This document shows, piece after piece, positions 23,494 through 31,614 of a stretch of 46,999 bases of DNA; position 1 is the first letter of the stretch; each line of letters begins with the position of its first letter. Location: positions 1 through 46,999 of the forward strand of contig REEF01000690.1 of assembly GCA_007695205.1 (NCBI GenBank), given 5' to 3'. A model generated the notes under the pieces. It searched no databases, had not been told where the DNA came from, and saw only the letters and a list, made by a program, of their open reading frames with translations. The DNA comes from Planctomycetaceae bacterium. Lineage in GTDB: Bacteria > Planctomycetota > Planctomycetia > Pirellulales > Pirellulaceae. The position numbers and the translations under genes were made by a program.

Positions 23494-24941
23494 ACACAGT
23501 CACGATGAACACAGCGATTTCTAAAAACATGCTTTCACCTTTCCTCACCGACCGGCGCGGACTCCTCAGCCATTTGGCTGGGGCTGGCTTTGGGTTGCTC
23601 GGCCTCAGCACCGTTTCGGAAACGCGGGCTGCCACAGTTGATACACATCCCCTGGCCCCTCGTAGCCCGCATTTCACGCCTCGGGCTAAGCGAGTCCTGC
23701 ACATCTTCGCTAACGGCGGGCCCTCGGCGATGGACACCTTTGATCCCAAGCCGGCCCTCGCGAAATACGCTGGACGTCCACTACCCACGCATTACAACAC
23801 GGACAATCCGACTGCGGGGGCGATGCCTTCTCCATTTGCCTTCAAACATTATGGTGAATCTGGACTCGCCTGTAGCGAGCTCTTTGCCGATCTCGCTGCG
23901 GCCCACGCGGATGATCTCTGCGTGATCCGCTCGCTCTATACCGACACGCCGATTCACGAGGCCTCGTTGCGAATGATGAACACTGGCTCGCTCGTGGTGC
24001 CACGCCCGAGCCTCGGTTCGTGGGTGACGTGGGGCTTGGGAACAGAGAATCGCAACCTGCCGGGCTATGTGTCTCTGGTGCCATCCGGTCTTCCGTTCAT
24101 CGGCGAAGACAACTGGAAGTCATCGTTCCTGCCCAACGTGTTTCAGGGAACCTACGTGGCGACCAATCGTGAGGCAGGCAAACCGCTGATCGACAACATC
24201 ACCAATCCACGCCTCACCCGCGAGACGCAGACCCGGCAGATGTCGTTGGTCGAGAAAATGAACGCACGTCATTTCGAGCGGAACGCTGACTATCCGGAGC
24301 TGATGTCCAGCATTCACAACTACCAAACCGCCTTTCGCATGCAGGTCGAGGCGACCGATGCCTTCGATATTTCCAAGGAACCGGAATCGGTGCGCGCGAT
24401 GTATGGGGACACGCCGAATGGCAGACAGTTGCTCGTGGCGCGGCGATTGTTGGAACGCGGCGTGCGTTTCGTGCAGGCGTGGCATGGTCCGGGGCAGCCG
24501 TGGGACAGCCACAATGATCTGGAGAAAAGTCACCGCCGCCTGGCCAAAGAAAGTTCGCAGGGGATCACCGCCCTGCTTACCGATCTGAAGTCGCGCGGCC
24601 TGTTGGAGGACACTCTGGTGATCTGGGGCGGCGAGTTTGGCCGGACCCCGCTGGCACAGATCGAGCCTGGTAAGGCGGGCAACACCGGCGGCCGGGATCA
24701 CAATCCCTTCGGCTTTACGATGTGGATGGCCGGAGGCGGCGTGAAGGGGGGCATGACCTACGGCGCCACGGACGACTTCGGTTTCAAAGCCGTCGAGAAC
24801 CGTGTCCACGTCCACGACCTCCATGCGACGATTCTGCACCTGCTGGGATTCGACCACGAACACATGACTTACCAACACGCCGGCCGCGATTTTCGACTCA
24901 CCGATGTGCATGGCCATGTCATCCGGGACGTTTTGGCCTGA
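23490..24941 (+). CDS. DUF1501 domain protein (sulfatase/alkaline-phosphatase-like superfamily) with RR leader
   Basis: ATG 23490 overlaps the upstream stop (ATGA); an alternative ATG is at 23505. Motifs: TDRRGLLSHLAGAGFGLLGL, IFANGGPSAMDTFDPKP, GEFGRTP, GRDHNPFGFTMWMAGGGVKGG, HVHDLHATILHLLG. Confidence 0.9.
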   Translation: MNTVTMNTAISKNMLSPFLTDRRGLLSHLAGAGFGLLGLSTVSETRAATVDTHPLAPRSPHFTPRAKRVLHIFANGGPSAMDTFDPKPALAKYAGRPLPTHYNTDNPTAGAMPSPFAFKHYGESGLACSELFADLAAAHADDLCVIRSLYTDTPIHEASLRMMNTGSLVVPRPSLGSWVTWGLGTENRNLPGYVSLVPSGLPFIGEDNWKSSFLPNVFQGTYVATNREAGKPLIDNITNPRLTRETQTRQMSLVEKMNARHFERNADYPELMSSIHNYQTAFRMQVEATDAFDISKEPESVRAMYGDTPNGRQLLVARRLLERGVRFVQAWHGPGQPWDSHNDLEKSHRRLAKESSQGITALLTDLKSRGLLEDTLVIWGGEFGRTPLAQIEPGKAGNTGGRDHNPFGFTMWMAGGGVKGGMTYGATDDFGFKAVENRVHVHDLHATILHLLGFDHEHMTYQHAGRDFRLTDVHGHVIRDVLA

Positions 24942-24989
24942 CACGAAGACTTACTTCCACCTTTTCGCTAAACAGCACTCTCTAAAATT

Positions 24990-26243
24990 ATGAACACACA
25001 ATCCTCACTCTCCACCCGTCGCACTTTCCTTTGCGGAGCAGGCGTCACGCTCAGCTTGCCCTGGCTCGAATCGCTCGGCGGCATCGCCCATGCCGCTGAG
25101 GCAGGAAAAGAGCCGCGCCGCCTGCTGCTGATCTGCCTGCCGCTTGGCATCTACCGCGATTCTTTCATTCCCAAACAATCCGGAACTGGCTACGAACTCA
25201 CGGAGTATCTCGCCCCGCTGGCCGATCTCCGCGATCGCTTCACCATCGTCTCGGGGCTCGAACATCCGGGCGTCGGCGGTGGTCACGCCTCACAGCCTCG
25301 CATCTTCACCGGTATACCCTCGGCCGAGCGGAACCGCCGCTCGCTCGACCAGTACGTCGCCGCCACGCTCGGCCAGCACACGCGTTTTGACTCGCTCGCG
25401 TTGAGCGCCGGGGACAACAACTTTGGCTGGACCGACGGCGGCAGCATGGTGCCAGCGGAGAGAAACGTCGGCGACGCCTTCGCCAAGCTCTTTGCCGAAG
25501 ACGGCGCGGCCAACAAAACCAAAGTCCTCAGCGAGATCGGTCGCGGTAAGAGCATTCTCGACCACGTGCTGGATGAAGCGCGCGACCTGCAATCGCGTCT
25601 CTCCCGACGCGACCAGGAAAAGCTCGGTGAGTACTTCGAGTCGGTCCGCGCCACCGAGAAACGCCTAGTGAAGTCCGAAGAATGGATGCATCAGCCAAAA
25701 CCTATGGTGAACTCCAAACCGCCGGCACCGTTCGCTCCCGACGAGATCATCACCAACCTGCGCGGTGTCTGCGATCTAACGCATCTGGCCTTCAAGACCG
25801 ACAGTACCCGCGTCATCACATTCGGCTACTTCCGTCAGGACACCGTCGCCGTGCCGGGCGTCAACGTCGGCTATCATAACCTCTCGCACCACGGCCAGGA
25901 CGAAGGGAACATCGCACAGCTCAAACGAGTCGAACGGGCCTTCTTCGACGAGCTGAAGACGCTGTTGATGAATCTGCAGAACACGCGTGAGGGAGACTCG
26001 ACGCTGCTGGACCGCACCACGATCCTCGTCACGTCGAACCTGGGCAGCGGTAACAGTCACAGCAACAAAGACCTGCCCGTGCTGCTCGCGGGAGGCCGGT
26101 TCAAGCACGGTCAGCATCTCGCCATCGCCCCTGGCACCGTGCCCTTGAGCAATCTATACGTCAGCGTGCTAAACCAACTCGGCTTTGAAGATCAATCGTT
26201 CGGCACCTCGACCGGCACTTTGAAGGGACTGACAATCGCGTGA
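24990..26243 (+). CDS. DUF1552 domain protein with TAT-type leader
   Basis: Leader STRRTFLCGAGVTLSLPWLESL. Also HPGVGGGHAS, FKTDSTRVITFG and YHNLSHHGQD. It starts 48 nt after the DUF1501 stop. Confidence 0.9.
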   Translation: MNTQSSLSTRRTFLCGAGVTLSLPWLESLGGIAHAAEAGKEPRRLLLICLPLGIYRDSFIPKQSGTGYELTEYLAPLADLRDRFTIVSGLEHPGVGGGHASQPRIFTGIPSAERNRRSLDQYVAATLGQHTRFDSLALSAGDNNFGWTDGGSMVPAERNVGDAFAKLFAEDGAANKTKVLSEIGRGKSILDHVLDEARDLQSRLSRRDQEKLGEYFESVRATEKRLVKSEEWMHQPKPMVNSKPPAPFAPDEIITNLRGVCDLTHLAFKTDSTRVITFGYFRQDTVAVPGVNVGYHNLSHHGQDEGNIAQLKRVERAFFDELKTLLMNLQNTREGDSTLLDRTTILVTSNLGSGNSHSNKDLPVLLAGGRFKHGQHLAIAPGTVPLSNLYVSVLNQLGFEDQSFGTSTGTLKGLTIA

Positions 26244-26294
26244 AGACCCATCTGAATTCCTCCTCTACCAGCACTAGCATTCCACGACATTCCT

Positions 26295-27428
26295 ATGAAA
26301 TCATGCATACTCACGCTCACCCTTGTCCTCCTAGCTGCTACTGTGGTTGTCGCGGAAGAGACTCCCGAAGATGCAAAGATTCGCGACTCCATTCCACTCG
26401 GCGGTGACTTCAAACCCAACCCGCAAGTGGGCGCGTTCGTCGTGGTGGGGCACGGAGCCCGCATCATTGTGTCGAAGGACGATGGCCAGACGTGGAAGCA
26501 AGCTTTCTTCGCCGCTCCTGGAGCCGATCACGGCCCGTGGGCCACGAGATCCGTCGCCTACACGAACGGCGTCTTCGCCGTGCCGGTGGCCTGGGGCGGA
26601 CCGACGATTTATCTCGCCTCGGACGATACTGTGAACTGGCGTCATCTCACCAGCGGCGCGACCAAGCTGCCACAAAGCAAAGACGACCCGCGCGTGATGA
26701 CCGGCTTTACGTGGAGCCTGGCGGGCGGCAAGGGAGCCTTTGTCTCCAGCGGCTACATGACCTTCAGCGCCACGGCGGACCTTGGCAAAACATTCACTAC
26801 CTTCGGCATGTGGGGCGCGTTCAAGGACGATCCGCGCGGCAAGCTCCCAAACACGCATCACATCGGCGCGGTGTATTGCGGCGATGCGAGCGGTCGCTTC
26901 CTCGCGCTCGGCGACAATCGCGGCGAATCGGGCCCGAAGTTCGGCCATCTCTTGGCCAGCGATGATCTCGGCAAGACATGGAAATGGCTCGCACCGGAAG
27001 GCCTCGACGCCTCCACCGGTCGCGGCGCGTTGACATCCAACGGCAAGTTGCTCGTCATGACCGACCCCATCGCCGCGAACGCGTGGACGAGCGCCGATGC
27101 CGGTGAGACGTGGGACGGCCCACACGCCACCGGCACGCAGCGTGCCGCGCTTAGTGTCGTGAACGGCGAGTTCTGGCTTTGTGGCAAGAAATCTCGCGCC
27201 AGCGTCGACGGCAAGACCTGGCGCGATCTCCCCGCCGCCATCCCCGAAGGCCAGTTGATTGCCAGCGACAAAGGGACGCTCATCAGCATCCACTCACAGC
27301 GATTCAACATCCAGCGCAGCACCGACGGCGGCCAAACTTGGCAAGAGGTTCACACCTTCGTACCCGCCGACATCAAAGGTGGCGCACAGGGACTGCGCGA
27401 TGGCGCGTTCGGCCACGTGGCGCCATGA
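26295..27428 (+). CDS. Secreted BNR/Asp-box repeat beta-propeller protein (sialidase-like fold)
   Basis: Signal MKSCILTLTLVLLAATVVVA. There are four canonical Asp-boxes (SKDDGQTW, SDDLGKTW, SADAGETW, STDGGQTW) plus degenerate ones. Confidence 0.7.
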   Translation: MKSCILTLTLVLLAATVVVAEETPEDAKIRDSIPLGGDFKPNPQVGAFVVVGHGARIIVSKDDGQTWKQAFFAAPGADHGPWATRSVAYTNGVFAVPVAWGGPTIYLASDDTVNWRHLTSGATKLPQSKDDPRVMTGFTWSLAGGKGAFVSSGYMTFSATADLGKTFTTFGMWGAFKDDPRGKLPNTHHIGAVYCGDASGRFLALGDNRGESGPKFGHLLASDDLGKTWKWLAPEGLDASTGRGALTSNGKLLVMTDPIAANAWTSADAGETWDGPHATGTQRAALSVVNGEFWLCGKKSRASVDGKTWRDLPAAIPEGQLIASDKGTLISIHSQRFNIQRSTDGGQTWQEVHTFVPADIKGGAQGLRDGAFGHVAP

Positions 27429-27452
27429 TCGCATTGATTCAGGAATTGGTAG

Positions 27453-27884
27453 ATGAAACCGTCACAAATAATTTCAAGACAAGCGTTCTCGCCATGGGCG
27501 GTTTGCGTCGTGAGCTACCTCGCCCGCGGGCCGCGTTTCCGCATGGAGGCCAAGGTGGTGCGCGACAACGCGCTGAGCATCGCGGGCCTGCTGCACAAGC
27601 AAGTCGGCGGACCCCGTGATGAGCAGCTTCGACGCGCCAACTGCGCCTACCAGCTCTGCACTTCGCGCGGCATCAAGCCCGCTGAACTGCAAAGCGTGCT
27701 CAAGCTGCTCGAAGTCAACCGCACCCGCCTCCGCCAAGGCGAACTCAAAGCCGGACTCATCGCCTTTTCCTCGCTGACGAAACCCGAAGAACTCCCTGTC
27801 GACGCCACGCCCAACGACATCGCCGTCTGGACCATCGTCAGCCGCGTGCTGCTGAATCTCGATGAGACAATGACGAAATCCTAA
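27453..27884 (+). pseudogene. 5'-truncated, internally deleted relic of a DUF1553 (PSD1) gene, still an open 143-codon frame
   Basis: [32 protein letters not shown] matches the conserved DUF1553 block (compare RRLSYEGIRDTLLSVSGNLDRRMGGPS in 20725..23493). The tail [21 protein letters not shown] matches the family C-terminus. The roughly 700 N-terminal residues and the conserved block after GGP are absent. Confidence 0.65.
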
Positions 27885-27895
27885 CCCGAGTGAGC

Positions 27896-28006
27896 ATGAC
27901 CACGAATCCTCTGAATCACCTTTCCGAACGGGCCGCGGCACTCACGCGGCGCTGGTTTCTCAGCGACTGCGGCATCGGTCTTGCCGACCTCTGCGACCTC
28001 CCGTCC
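27896..28006 (+). pseudogene. Relic of a DUF1501 N-terminus (RR leader), in frame with the downstream sulfatase
   Basis: MTTNPLNHLSERAAALTRRWFLSDCGIGLADL is the characteristic DUF1501 start (..TRRxFLxDCGxGLG..). It begins 11 nt after the DUF1553-relic stop, as in intact pairs, and continues without a stop into MKHLAMKHFLVALLAF. Confidence 0.6.
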
Positions 28007-29653
28007 ATGAAACATCTCGCCATGAAACATTTCCTTGTTGCCCTGCTTGCCTTCAGCCTGTCGCCCTCCGTCTTTGCTGTTGAGAAGCCGAACATCATCC
28101 TTATCATGGCCGATGACATGGGTTTCTCTGACCTTGGCTGCTACGGCAGCGAAATTGCGACGCCGAATCTTGATTCTCTGGCGGCGAACGGTGTCCGCTT
28201 CACGCAATTCTATAATGGCGCGCGCTGCTGTCCCACGAGGGCACAACTGCTCACAGGACTTTATGCGCATCAGGCGGGCATCGGCTTCATGGAGCCGACC
28301 AACGCCTACAACAAGCCCTTCAAACACATCCCGGAGTATCAGGGTTTCCTCAATCGCCGCTGCGTCACGCTGGCGGAAGTGTTGAAGTCCGCGGGTTACC
28401 AGACCTTCATGTGCGGCAAGTGGCACGTCGGTAGTGCGGAGGGCGAGCGGCCGCTCGACCGAGGCTTTGACCGCTTCTTCGGCATCCACGGCGGAGCCTC
28501 GAGCTTCTTCCATCCGAAGCCGGGCCAAATCATGGACGGGCGCGAGCCACTTGCCCATCTGCCAGAGGACTTTTATACCACCGACTACTTCGCGAAATAC
28601 GCCGCCAAGTTCGTGCGCGAAGCGAAGACGGATTCACCTTTCTTCCTCTACCTCGCCTTTACCGCACCGCACTGGCCGCTGCACGCATGGCCGGAGGACA
28701 TCGCGAAATATCGCGGCAAATACAAAGACGGCTGGCAAAAGCTGCGTGAGGAACGATTCGCGCGGCAAAAACAACTCGGCATCATGCCGCAGGACGCCGA
28801 GCTGTCGCCCGTGCATGAGTCCTCCGTGAAATGGAAGCCGGAGGACGCCGGCTCCACGGACATGGACCTCCGTATGGCAGTCTATGCCGCGATGATTGAC
28901 CGCATGGACCATGGGATCGGTCAGGTGCTCGCCGCCCTGCGCCAAACAAACCGTTTCAACAACACGCTCATCCTTTTTCTCAGCGACAACGGTGCCTGCG
29001 CGGAATCCATCGGCAAGGGCAAGGCCGACGCGAAGCCCGCCGATGACCCGAACTCATTCCAAGGCGTGCTGCTGCCCTGGGCGAACGCCAGCAACACGCC
29101 CTTCCGCCAGTTCAAACATTGGACACACGAAGGCGGCATCGCCACACCGCTCATCGCGCATTGGCCGGCGGGAATGGCGTCGCGAAGCTCTCAAATCGTC
29201 CGCACTCCAGCGCACATCATCGACATCATGGCGACGTGCTCGGACCTCGCGGGCGCGGCGTATCCGAAGGAGCGTGACGGTCAGGCCATTCACCCGATGG
29301 AAGGCGCGAGCCTCAAGCCTCTGCTTGAAGGTTCCGGCGAGCTTCCCGCCCGCACACTATTCTGGGAGCACGAGGGCAACCGTGCCGTGCGCTCCGGCCA
29401 ATGGAAGCTCGTCGCGCACTACAATGAAAACCTCGGCGATGAAGACGTGGCTCTCGGCAAGCGCACGGGACCTTGGGAACTCTACAATCTCGAACGCGAC
29501 CGCACCGAGCTGCACAACCTTGCCAACCAACATCCCGACATTGTCACCGACCTCGCTGCCCAACACGCCGCGTGGGAAAAACGCGTCGGCGCACGCGACT
29601 GGGAGAGCCTCCTCAAGATGGGCGGGTTGGATGTGATCAAACCCAAACCATGA
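28007..29653 (+). CDS. Arylsulfatase (Cys-type, S1 family)
   Basis: Signal MKHLAMKHFLVALLAFSLSPSVFA. Motifs: PNIILIMADDMGFSDLGCYG, the CxPxR motif ARCCPTRAQLLTGLY, GKWHVG, LAFTAPHWPL, LFLSDNGA. The start may be 28007, 28022, or 27890/27896 if the relic leader is translated. Confidence 0.9.
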   Translation: MKHLAMKHFLVALLAFSLSPSVFAVEKPNIILIMADDMGFSDLGCYGSEIATPNLDSLAANGVRFTQFYNGARCCPTRAQLLTGLYAHQAGIGFMEPTNAYNKPFKHIPEYQGFLNRRCVTLAEVLKSAGYQTFMCGKWHVGSAEGERPLDRGFDRFFGIHGGASSFFHPKPGQIMDGREPLAHLPEDFYTTDYFAKYAAKFVREAKTDSPFFLYLAFTAPHWPLHAWPEDIAKYRGKYKDGWQKLREERFARQKQLGIMPQDAELSPVHESSVKWKPEDAGSTDMDLRMAVYAAMIDRMDHGIGQVLAALRQTNRFNNTLILFLSDNGACAESIGKGKADAKPADDPNSFQGVLLPWANASNTPFRQFKHWTHEGGIATPLIAHWPAGMASRSSQIVRTPAHIIDIMATCSDLAGAAYPKERDGQAIHPMEGASLKPLLEGSGELPARTLFWEHEGNRAVRSGQWKLVAHYNENLGDEDVALGKRTGPWELYNLERDRTELHNLANQHPDIVTDLAAQHAAWEKRVGARDWESLLKMGGLDVIKPKP

Positions 29654-30576
29654 ATACCAAGAATCCCATAATGAAAAAGCTCCGCGCAATCCGCAGCATT
29701 CTCTTTCGAGTGGCTGCGTCTGCCTTGCTCATCGGCGCTGCATCCGGAGCCGACCAACCGCCATTGCGTGAGACGGGCGGCTTCGTTGTGGCCGGGCATG
29801 CCTGGACGTGGAACAAGGGCACGCTCTTCGATGCCATCGACCAGACAGCAGCGTTGGGGCTCGATTCGCTGGAGATTTTCCTCATGGGGATGCGCATCAG
29901 CGCGGAAACCGGAGACGCCTTGCTCGACGACGCCACGCCGGAGGGACTCATCGCCCGCATCCGGAAACACGCGAAGGCGAAGGGCGTGCATTTCGTCGCG
30001 CCCTACATCGGTGGCAAGCAGTGGACGCGCATCGGTCAGGATGAGGCCCAGTTGCGGCGATTTTTTGAGCAGGGCAAAAAACTCGGCGTCTCCGGCTTCA
30101 CAGGTGAGCCGATGGAATCGCAGTGGGACATGCTGGAAAAGCTGCTCAAGGAATTCGACTTCACCTTTGCCATCCACAATCACGCCATCGGTTTCGAGGC
30201 GGACTACTTCGGCGCGGCCTATCCCTACGGCAATCCTGGCGAGACGGCGAAAAAGCTCGATGCGCAGCGGCGCGACAGGCGCATGGGCATCTGTTTCGAC
30301 ACCGGCCATGCTGCCCGCTCAGGGCTCGACATCGTGGAAGTCACCCGCGCCTGTGGCAACCGACTGCGCAGCCTGCACCTCAAGGATGTGGCCCGCGTGC
30401 AGGTGAATGACGTGCCCTTCGGCACCGGTCGCGTGGATGTCGCTGCCGTGCTGACGGAACTCAAGCGCCAGGGCTTCCAGGGGCACATCGGGCTGGAATA
30501 CGAGAACTTCGAATCACCCACGTTTGCCGACGACCTGCGCCAGATGGTGCGCTTTGTCCGGGAGCAGGGGAAGTGA
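29650..30576 (+). CDS. Secreted sugar phosphate isomerase/epimerase (xylose-isomerase-like TIM barrel)
   Basis: ATG 29650 overlaps the sulfatase stop (ATGA). Signal MNTKNPIMKKLRAIRSILFRVAASALLIGAASGA. Motifs: LDSLEIF, FAIHNHA, CFDTGHA, LHLKD, IGLEYE. Confidence 0.8.
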   Translation: MNTKNPIMKKLRAIRSILFRVAASALLIGAASGADQPPLRETGGFVVAGHAWTWNKGTLFDAIDQTAALGLDSLEIFLMGMRISAETGDALLDDATPEGLIARIRKHAKAKGVHFVAPYIGGKQWTRIGQDEAQLRRFFEQGKKLGVSGFTGEPMESQWDMLEKLLKEFDFTFAIHNHAIGFEADYFGAAYPYGNPGETAKKLDAQRRDRRMGICFDTGHAARSGLDIVEVTRACGNRLRSLHLKDVARVQVNDVPFGTGRVDVAAVLTELKRQGFQGHIGLEYENFESPTFADDLRQMVRFVREQGK

Positions 30577-30602
30577 AGTTGCAGCCGACCCTGCGGCGAA
30601 CA

Positions 30603-31499
30603 TCACTTCGGCGAAATACGGCTTCTGAGTTCTCTCGGCGACTGGCCAAACTTTCCGCGAAAGGCTGCGTTGAACCGCGTTAGGCTGCCGAAGCCGCTGG
30701 CGTAGGCGACTTCGGTGACGCTTTGGTGGGTTTGCGTGAGCAACTGATGCGCGTAGGCAAGGCGGGCGTCGGTGAGGAAGGTGACGAAGGTCTTGCCGGT
30801 ATATTTTTGGAACTGACGGCAAAAGGTGGCGCGGCTCATGGCGCTGCGGTTCACGGCTTCTTTGAGCATGAGCGGCTCGGTGAATTGCTCGAGCACCCAC
30901 TGCACCACGCTGTCGAGACGTGGGCGTATAACGGCATCGGCTTCGGCGAAGACACGGGTCTGGCTGAGTGTGACCGTCTGCTCCGTCGGAGCGTCGTGAA
31001 GCAGTGCGAGGAGTTCCAGCAACAGACCTGCGCGCGCGAGCTTGCTGGCGGCAGCCATGCGTTCCAGCAGGACGATGGCGGCTCGCGCGGTGGCGGGGCG
31101 AAATGAAATACCGTGATCCGCCGTGGCAAAGAGTCGCTGCACTTCGCGCTCACCGCCCAGCCTGCGGAGCGGGTGTTCATTTGGCAAATGGAATTGAAGC
31201 ACATAGCCATCGGTACGGCCTTGCTCCATCCAGCAGTGCGGCAGATGGCTGCCGAGCAGCACGCAGTCCCACTCGCCAAACGAGCCGACGTGGTCGCCGA
31301 CGTAGCGCATTCCGGAGCCGCGCTCGAAAATGGTAAACTCCGTCTCTGCGTGGCTGTGCCAACGTCCGCCGACGCCCGACGCGGCGACGCGGCGTCCTCC
31401 GGCCTCAAGGGATTGCAGGGAGCGTGCATTACCCTGCCAGCGCAGGAGTCGGAGGCATTCATCGGGAGCGAAACAGATGTTTTCGAGCAGGACGGTCAT
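30603..31499 (-). CDS. AraC family transcriptional regulator (cupin-like N-domain + HTH_18)
   Basis: ATG 31499 (internal to ORF 30603..31589). The C-terminus reads MSRATFCRQFQKYTGKTFVTFLTDARLAYAHQLL..SVTEVAYASGFGSLTRFNAAFRGKFGQSPRELR. It is divergent from the 31615 operon. Confidence 0.85.
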   Translation of the reverse strand: MTVLLENICFAPDECLRLLRWQGNARSLQSLEAGGRRVAASGVGGRWHSHAETEFTIFERGSGMRYVGDHVGSFGEWDCVLLGSHLPHCWMEQGRTDGYVLQFHLPNEHPLRRLGGEREVQRLFATADHGISFRPATARAAIVLLERMAAASKLARAGLLLELLALLHDAPTEQTVTLSQTRVFAEADAVIRPRLDSVVQWVLEQFTEPLMLKEAVNRSAMSRATFCRQFQKYTGKTFVTFLTDARLAYAHQLLTQTHQSVTEVAYASGFGSLTRFNAAFRGKFGQSPRELRSRISPK

Positions 31500-31614
31500 T
31501 ACCCGAAAATTATCACCCAAAATCACGCTTTGTCGAGTGCAGTGAGACGATCCGGGCAGTTTTTGAGACGGAGCGGTGAGATTCGGCACTGTTTCCTGGC
31601 GATACTTGTTTCTT

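Noticed and set aside
31500-31614. AAAATTATCAC / CAAAATCAC direct repeats in the AraC-ADH divergent region, considered as AraC binding sites.
   Set aside because: The repeats are too short and too imperfect to separate from chance without comparative data.
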